Shown here: positions 58,731-64,000 of the stretch, piece after piece
Layout: every line of letters begins with the position of its first letter
How positions within the stretch are numbered: position 1 is the first letter of the stretch
Assembly: GCA_036006355.1 (NCBI GenBank)
Contig: DASYPT010000100.1
Coordinates: 5,724 to 69,723 of the forward strand
Reading direction: 5' to 3'
Source of the DNA: Pyrinomonadaceae bacterium
GTDB lineage: Bacteria; Acidobacteriota; Blastocatellia; Pyrinomonadales; Pyrinomonadaceae
DNA: 64,000 nucleotides
Position numbers and translations under genes: made by a program
Notes under the pieces: model-generated
Database searches by the model: none
Told to the model about the DNA's origin: nothing
The model's input: only the letters and a program-made list of their open reading frames with translations

Positions 58731-58963
58731 AAAAGAAACAGGCAGCTCATTTTGTAGTTTGTCTCGACAATAATGGCTATGCCGCTTCGTTAGACGTGGG
58801 CAAGCTCTACCGCTTTATCCCGGATCCAGAGGCAGAGGCTGAGGGCTTGCTCCGGGTTATAGACGAGAGCGGTGAAGATTATGCTTTTGAAGCAACGCGG
58901 TTTCACGAAATCACTCTCCCGCGTGTCGTTGAAAAGGCTCTTTTGCAGGCGAGTCGTTCCTAA
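58727..58963 (+). CDS. small acidic hypothetical protein
   Basis: 78 aa. ATG 58727 overlaps the upstream stop (ATGA). The sequence is MKKKQAAHFVVCLDNNGYAASLDVGKLYRFIPDPEAEAEGLLRVIDESGEDYAFEATRF... Confidence 0.6.
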   Translation: MKKKQAAHFVVCLDNNGYAASLDVGKLYRFIPDPEAEAEGLLRVIDESGEDYAFEATRFHEITLPRVVEKALLQASRS

Positions 58964-58973
58964 CCCGTCACAT

Positions 58974-59081
58974 GTCCGATATGCTTTAGCTTGTCGTGAC
59001 GCAACCAACCAAGCCCGAACGATTACGAGGTTCTCAGAAAATTGGGTTGGTTACGTCACGACAAGCTAAAGCATATTGGAC
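58974..59081. repeat. family B element copy 2 (108 bp)
   Basis: GTCCGATATGCTTTAGCTTGTCGTGACGCAACCAACCAAGCCC ... GGGTTGGTTACGTCACGACAAGCTAAAGCATATTGGAC. Confidence 0.9.
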
Positions 59082-59093
59082 ATTCATCTGCGC

Positions 59094-60095
59094 ATGACAC
59101 CTCTTAAAAAACGACTGCTGGATATCATCAGCAATTTTCGCGACAAGAAACTTGTCATTGTCGGTGATTCGATTGCTGATCGGTTCACTTACGGTTCAAT
59201 TAGCCGTGTTTCCCGTGAAGCTCCGGTCTTTATTCTTCGTCACGAACAGACTGAAACTGTACCCGGAGGCGCTGCGAATTCTGCAGTGAATCTTGCGTCG
59301 CTCGGTGCGCAAGTCTCATTAGTTTCCGTGGTTGGAAATGATCAGGCAGGCAGCGAACTGAGGACGAAGCTGGACGGTCTTGGCGTAGATACTGGCAGCT
59401 TATTAACTGCTGAAAATCTACAAACAACGACTAAAGTTCGCATTCTCGCGGGACACGCACATTCAAACCGGCAGCAGGTAATTCGAATCGATTACGAAGA
59501 TTTTCCAATAACAGACCGCGATGTGCGCGCAAGACTATTGTCAGAATTAAAGAGAAGAACTTCCAACGCAAGTGCGGTAATCGTTTCTGATTACAACTAC
59601 GGCGTTGTTGCTGACGCGGAAGTTGAGTTTTTGCGCACCGTTCGGAAATCGGTGCCCGTGTTGGCTGATTCGCGTTTTCGTTTGACGAGTCTTACGGGAT
59701 TGACTGCGGCAACCCCGAACGAAGACGAACTGGAACAAATCATCAAAGAACCGATTGGCTCCCTTGAACATCTTGAAGCCTCGGCAACTAAACTCAAAAA
59801 GCAACTTCAGTATCATGCACTCCTCGTGACGCGCGGACCTCGAGGCATGATGCTGCTCGAGCAGGATGCACCACCACTTCACATCGAAGCAGTAGGCTCC
59901 GCGCAACCCGTCGACGTGACCGGCGCGGGCGACACCGTCATCGCGACATTTGCATTAGCGTTAGCTTCAGGTGCGTCTTTTTCTGAAGCTGCTCGTCTCG
60001 CCAACTACGCCGGCGGCATTGTCGTGATGAAACGTGGGACCGCATCAGTCACCTGCTCTGAACTCGAGCACTCGATCGTTAACTCTGAAAACTAA
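59094..60095 (+). CDS. hldA: D-glycero-beta-D-manno-heptose-7-phosphate kinase (HldE domain I as a separate gene)
   Basis: PfkB-family kinase with [11 protein letters not shown] and DVTGAGDT. Start set at ATG 59094, outside the repeat. Confidence 0.85.
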   Translation: MTPLKKRLLDIISNFRDKKLVIVGDSIADRFTYGSISRVSREAPVFILRHEQTETVPGGAANSAVNLASLGAQVSLVSVVGNDQAGSELRTKLDGLGVDTGSLLTAENLQTTTKVRILAGHAHSNRQQVIRIDYEDFPITDRDVRARLLSELKRRTSNASAVIVSDYNYGVVADAEVEFLRTVRKSVPVLADSRFRLTSLTGLTAATPNEDELEQIIKEPIGSLEHLEASATKLKKQLQYHALLVTRGPRGMMLLEQDAPPLHIEAVGSAQPVDVTGAGDTVIATFALALASGASFSEAARLANYAGGIVVMKRGTASVTCSELEHSIVNSEN

Positions 60096-60574
60096 TGCCT
60101 CCTCCTAACGTCGTCTCCCGTGAAGAGTTGATTAAGACTGTGGCTGAAGCGAGAGCAGCAGGTTTGCGAATTGTCCTCGCAAATGGATGCTTTGACGTTC
60201 TGCATGTCGGCCATATTAGATATTTGGCAGGAGCACGGAGTGAAGGGGATCTTTTGATCGTCGGTGTTAACTCCGATGAACAAGTGCGCGAGCAAAAAGG
60301 AGAAGGCCGGCCAATTCTTCCAGCCGCGCAACGGGCCGAGATCGTAGCGGCGCTTGAAAGTGTTAACTACGTCACGGTTTTTGACGAACCAACCGTCGCG
60401 GAGCTGCTGCTCGTGTTAAAGCCGGATGTCCACGCCAAGGGAACGGATTATACTGTCGATACTGTCCCGGAACGTGAAGTGGTTAAATCGTACGGAGGGC
60501 GCGTCGCAATTGTTGGAGACCCAAAAGATCACTCAACTTCGGAGATTCTTTCTCGAATGGGAGAAAATGAATGA
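60095..60574 (+). CDS. hldC: D-glycero-beta-D-manno-heptose-1-phosphate adenylyltransferase (HldE domain II as a separate gene)
   Basis: [14 protein letters not shown] is the HxGH cytidylyltransferase motif. The start overlaps the upstream stop (TAATG). Confidence 0.88.
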   Translation: MPPPNVVSREELIKTVAEARAAGLRIVLANGCFDVLHVGHIRYLAGARSEGDLLIVGVNSDEQVREQKGEGRPILPAAQRAEIVAALESVNYVTVFDEPTVAELLLVLKPDVHAKGTDYTVDTVPEREVVKSYGGRVAIVGDPKDHSTSEILSRMGENE

Positions 60575-61035
60575 CTAACATATCCTTTCGACTCACCGCA
60601 AAGGTTGTTGCTCTCTCGATCGTCGTTGCATGCTTAGTTCAGGTTGCACCGGCCCAGTCGAAAGGAAATCGCTTCGACCCTGACGGATCGTTTTGGATTA
60701 AAGGAGATCATCCCGACGGTTTTTCGGATTTCGGCGGCATAAATCTGAACGCCAAGAGAGACAAACATCTTCCAAAGCCTGGCCTCGAGTTGAACAATGG
60801 TCATGCCTTCCGTTTCAAACAGGTGAGTGTCAGCCGCGAGCGTTTCACTTTCACAACTGTAACTCTATCCAATATTTCGTATAGCTTCTCAGGAAGATTT
60901 TTGAAAGGCGGCGTCTTCGGAGCCGGAAAACTTGATGACGAAACGCCGGTGCTGGAAGGCACTCTGATCAAGTACCGCAACGGCAAAAAAGTTGCTGAAG
61001 CAAAATTGACGTTCGTTTATTTCGGCGGCACTTGA
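60571..61035 (+). CDS. exported hypothetical protein
   Basis: ATGA-coupled to hldC. The signal peptide ends ...VAPAQS. I recognise no family. Confidence 0.55.
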   Translation: MTNISFRLTAKVVALSIVVACLVQVAPAQSKGNRFDPDGSFWIKGDHPDGFSDFGGINLNAKRDKHLPKPGLELNNGHAFRFKQVSVSRERFTFTTVTLSNISYSFSGRFLKGGVFGAGKLDDETPVLEGTLIKYRNGKKVAEAKLTFVYFGGT

Positions 61036-61043
61036 TTTAGAAG

Positions 61044-62126
61044 ATGCGGATTCTGATAGTAAAACTGGGAAGTATCGGCGACATCGTTCACACTCTGCCC
61101 GCGCTTGATGCGATTCGTAAAGCTCTTCCTCACGCAGAGATTTCCTGGGTTGTGGAACAATCAACTTCTGAAATTTTACGAGACAACCCGCTCATAGATC
61201 GTCTCATCGAAGTGGACACGAAGGCGCTGAGGCGCGGACTGATGTCTGGGGAGACGCTGCGGGCACCGCGCCAGCAGTTACGTCGGTTACGTGCCTCGGC
61301 CTTCGATGTAGCAATAGATTTTCAGGGACTGCTAAAGTCCGCTTCAATCGCGCGCCTCTCGGGCGCGCGTCGTGTTTTTGGGTATACGCGCGAAGGCCTC
61401 CGGGAACCAGCCAGTGCTTTGTTCCTATCAAAGCGAGTTCACGTACCCAAGCAAACCCACGTAATCTTCAAGGCTTTACAGCTCGTCCAGGGCGCTCTCG
61501 GCATCGCCGTTCCGAGCGATCCTGGCGAACTCAATTTCCCAATCGGCATTCCAGATCGTGATCAATTGGAGGCCTCAACAGAAATCGAGAGAATCAAATC
61601 TCCATACGCAATCCTGAATCCCGGCGGAGGCTGGCCAACGAAACTTTGGAGTCCCGAACGTTTTGGTCAACTTGCAGACGCTCTCTGGTCTCATTTCGGT
61701 TTGGAGTCGCTTATCACTCACGGTCCCGGCGAGGAACAACTAGCCCAGTCTGTGATCGATGCCTCGCGGGCAGGCAAAGCACGAACAGTCACCCTGTCGT
61801 TAAAAGGCTTCTTCGCCTTAGCACAACACGCAAAGATTTATGTAGGGGGAGATACCGGCCCGACGCATCTCGCTGTGGCCGCTAACACGCCGATTGTAGG
61901 ACTCTTTGGTCCAACGGAGTGGTGGCGCAATGGCAGCCCACGGCCTGCTGATATTTGCGTTGAGAGAACCGACATCGATTGTCGGGTCGATTGCCACCGT
62001 CGTTCGTGTTCCAAATGGATTTGTATGGATATTGAAGTAGAGCGAGTATTGAAGGCTGTGGAAACCAGGCTTAGCGATACTTTCTCTACGTCACCTCGGA
62101 GTGAGCAGGAGCAGACAAGATTGTAA
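61044..62126 (+). CDS. GT9 heptosyltransferase (WaaC-like)
   Basis: Contains MRILIVKLGSIGDIVHTLPAL and GGDTGPTHLAVAANTPIVGLFGPT. Confidence 0.8.
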   Translation: MRILIVKLGSIGDIVHTLPALDAIRKALPHAEISWVVEQSTSEILRDNPLIDRLIEVDTKALRRGLMSGETLRAPRQQLRRLRASAFDVAIDFQGLLKSASIARLSGARRVFGYTREGLREPASALFLSKRVHVPKQTHVIFKALQLVQGALGIAVPSDPGELNFPIGIPDRDQLEASTEIERIKSPYAILNPGGGWPTKLWSPERFGQLADALWSHFGLESLITHGPGEEQLAQSVIDASRAGKARTVTLSLKGFFALAQHAKIYVGGDTGPTHLAVAANTPIVGLFGPTEWWRNGSPRPADICVERTDIDCRVDCHRRSCSKWICMDIEVERVLKAVETRLSDTFSTSPRSEQEQTRL

Positions 62127-62158
62127 TAGGTCCTATTCGTCGTACAGATCCTATTATT
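62126..62158. repeat. family E core-only copy 5 (no arms)
   Basis: AATAGGTCCTATTCGTCGTACAGATCCTATTATT, which is three degenerate 9-mer units in the reverse orientation. Confidence 0.55.
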
Positions 62159-62170
62159 GCCATCAAATAC

Positions 62171-62725
62171 ATGCGAAGAGGTGGAACCTGGATTCAGCGT
62201 TGGCGCGTACCTTTAGGATTTTTGTGTGCAGCGATCTTTCTCGTCCTGGCAAAACCGACGCCGAAGTTCCTTCTGATTGGCGCTGTTGTTTCGTTGCTTG
62301 GACTTGCAATTCGTGCGTGGGCGGCTGGGCATATTCGAAAGAATTCCCAGTTGGCTGTTTCGGGGCCGTATGCCTTCACAAGGAATCCTCTTTACCTGGG
62401 AAGCTTCATTCTCGGCCTCGGATTCACGATTGCTTCGGGTCGCTGGTTACTTGCCGTTGTTTTTGCGGCATTATTTCTGGGCATCTATTTCCCGGTGATG
62501 CGCGTCGAAGCCTCGACATTGACCGACTTGTTCGGTGAGGAATACCAAGCTTATAAGAATGCGGTCCCGTTGTTCTTTCCCCGAGTTAGCCCCTATCGAC
62601 CAGCTAATTCAGATTCCCTCAAGTTTGATAGCACCTTGTACTTGCGTTATCGAGAATACAGAGCAGCGCTGGGGCTGGTGGTTGCGTGGAGCTTGCTGTT
62701 AGCGAAAAGCTACTTTGTAAGATGA
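62171..62725 (+). CDS. ICMT/PEMT-family membrane methyltransferase
   Basis: SGPYAFTRNPLYLGSFILGLGF is the family signature. The protein is polytopic. Confidence 0.7.
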   Translation: MRRGGTWIQRWRVPLGFLCAAIFLVLAKPTPKFLLIGAVVSLLGLAIRAWAAGHIRKNSQLAVSGPYAFTRNPLYLGSFILGLGFTIASGRWLLAVVFAALFLGIYFPVMRVEASTLTDLFGEEYQAYKNAVPLFFPRVSPYRPANSDSLKFDSTLYLRYREYRAALGLVVAWSLLLAKSYFVR

Positions 62726-63561
62726 GTCGTAGAACGAGTTATTTTTTGGTTATCGTTTTAGGCGTGACGGTGAGTGTGTTGAGCCGGCAGAGTATCAATG
62801 CTCAGCAACCGATTGCTGCTACTACGAGGCCATTTGAACCGGTTGAGGAACTTCAATACGAAGCTGAGTTCAATCGATCTCTAATTCGTGGACTGAATAT
62901 AGCTGATTTCAAATTCCGCTCAGCCCGAACTCCGAATGTCGAAAATGGCAACGGCTCAAAGCCCGTCTCATTAGTCTTTCGCGCCGATGTTGCGAGCAAA
63001 GGTTTTTTCACTCGTCTCTTCAACCTGAAGGTTCATGAACAAGTAGAATCGACAGTAGACGCAGAAACGCTCACCTTGCAAAGAACAACCATTCGTGATG
63101 AACAAGGCAAACGAGTTCGCGAGACCGAAACCACTTACGATCGGGCCAAAGGGGAAATGGCCTGGACCCGGCGTGATCCCAATAATCCGACCGCCGAACC
63201 TAACAAAGCACTCGTGGATTTTTCGGGTCAGCTCCAGGACATCTTGTCAGCGATCTATTTCATTCGAACTCAACCATTGCACCTGGGAAAGAGCTTCGAA
63301 ATCTTCATCGGAGATGGCGGCAAAGTTTACCGGGTACCCGTTCGAGTTCTTGAGAAGAAGAAGTTGAAGACCGTACTGGGAAGCGTCAATGCGTTTCGAG
63401 TTGAACCAGATCTTTTCGGACCTGATAGTCTGATCGATCATGAAAAGGGTCAGTTCACATTGTGGATCACGGACGACAGTCGCCACATTCCCGTCACCGC
63501 CAAAATCAAGACCGATTACGGAACGTTCGATATTAAATTGAAGCGCGCCGTTTACAATTGA
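62722..63561 (+). CDS. exported protein, DUF3108-like
   Basis: ATG 62722 overlaps the upstream stop (ATGA). It has a signal peptide, EELQYEAEF near the N-terminus and a C-terminal TDYGTFDIKLKR. The family call is from memory. Confidence 0.5.
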   Translation: MSRRTSYFLVIVLGVTVSVLSRQSINAQQPIAATTRPFEPVEELQYEAEFNRSLIRGLNIADFKFRSARTPNVENGNGSKPVSLVFRADVASKGFFTRLFNLKVHEQVESTVDAETLTLQRTTIRDEQGKRVRETETTYDRAKGEMAWTRRDPNNPTAEPNKALVDFSGQLQDILSAIYFIRTQPLHLGKSFEIFIGDGGKVYRVPVRVLEKKKLKTVLGSVNAFRVEPDLFGPDSLIDHEKGQFTLWITDDSRHIPVTAKIKTDYGTFDIKLKRAVYN

Positions 63562-63562
63562 T

Positions 63563-63734
63563 GTCCGACGAACTTTAGTTTGTCGTGGCCCCAAAGAGAT
63601 TAGCCACAAATTCCACAAATGACGCAAACAGGAATTGTGATGAAGGCTCGAACGTCCTAAGTTCTGATCTGTTTGATTTGTGTAAATTTGTGGCTAATCT
63701 CTTTGGGACCACGACAAACTAAAGTTCGTCGGAC
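63563..63734. repeat. family A copy 4, complete composite element (172 bp)
   Basis: Outer ends GTCCGACGAACTTTAGTTTGTCGTGG / CCACGACAAACTAAAGTTCGTCGGAC. The inner inverted pair is CCAAAGAGATTAGCCACAAATT.. / ..AAATTTGTGGCTAATCTCTTTGG. It starts 1 nt after a stop and ends 5 nt before the next ATG. Confidence 0.93.
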
Positions 63735-63739
63735 ATTCT

Positions 63740-64000
63740 ATGCACTCTCCACTCGTAATCGGACATCGCGGTGCCTCTGCTCATGCTCCTGAAAACACGA
63801 TGGCCGCTTTTCGGCTGGCAATGGAAGTTGGTGCAGACGGAATTGAGTTCGACGTTCGCCTATCTCGTGACGGAATTCCTTTTGTCATTCACGACGATAA
63901 CCTGAGACGCACAGGACTTGATCCAAGGCGAGTTGTAGATCTTAATGCGTCCGAACTAAAACAAATTGACGTTGGCAGATGGTTCGATCCGAGTTGCTTC
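63740..64000 (+). CDS. glycerophosphodiester phosphodiesterase (5' part; continues beyond the window)
   Basis: MHSPLVIGHRGASAHAPENT...GADGIEFDVRLSRDGIPFVIHDDNL is the canonical GDPD N-terminus. Confidence 0.85.
   Translation, partial: MHSPLVIGHRGASAHAPENTMAAFRLAMEVGADGIEFDVRLSRDGIPFVIHDDNLRRTGLDPRRVVDLNASELKQIDVGRWFDPSCF

Noticed and set aside
1-64000. The possibility that the recurring palindromes form a CRISPR array or arrays.
   Set aside because: There is no series of equal-length direct repeats separated by unique spacers. The copies are dispersed single inverted repeats tens of kb apart, and no cas genes are present.
1-64000. A search for transposase, RAYT, integrase, phage, restriction-modification or other defence genes that could explain the repeats or mark an island.
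   Set aside because: None of the ORFs of 60 aa or more shows such motifs. All large ORFs have housekeeping, envelope or regulatory assignments.

Overview
This window looks like ordinary chromosomal core sequence, probably from an Acidobacteriota genome. That assignment is inferred from a TIGR03436-like VWFA protein, a CarboxypepD_reg-type TonB receptor, PD40 proteins and the style of the repeats. I count about 58 protein genes in tight same-strand strings. They cover central metabolism (acnA, citrate synthase, aldehyde dehydrogenase, mtnA, coaBC, gatB, dtd) and envelope functions (lpxD, PBP1A, ugd, nucleotide-sugar epimerases, an LPS-core heptose locus). They also include priA, a family 4 UDG, a NifS/IscU pair and an NtrY/NtrC-like two-component pair. 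There is an ECF sigma module and a corrinoid-uptake locus (btuF/C/D-like genes plus a TonB receptor). I found no rRNA, tRNA, CRISPR array, transposase, integrase, phage gene or recognisable defence gene by eye. I did not find a convincing new multi-gene system. Two things stand out. (1) There are two cobalamin riboswitches, and one has a palindromic repeat element inserted inside it. (2) Intergenic palindromic elements are very dense: about 23 copies in at least 8 sequence families, roughly 2.6 kb or 4% of the window by hand count. They fill most intergenic gaps, abut stop codons, encode several protein C-termini and inflate several ORF-track N-termini. One family (E) has the unusual layout of a conserved 9-mer tandem core flanked by non-homologous inverted arms. 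Other candidates are a frameshifted basic/acidic two-gene mini-cassette inside the heptose operon and a radical SAM/SPASM + GT28 + SDR lipid-type cluster beside lpxD. All calls come from reading the sequence and translations by eye. No database search was run.
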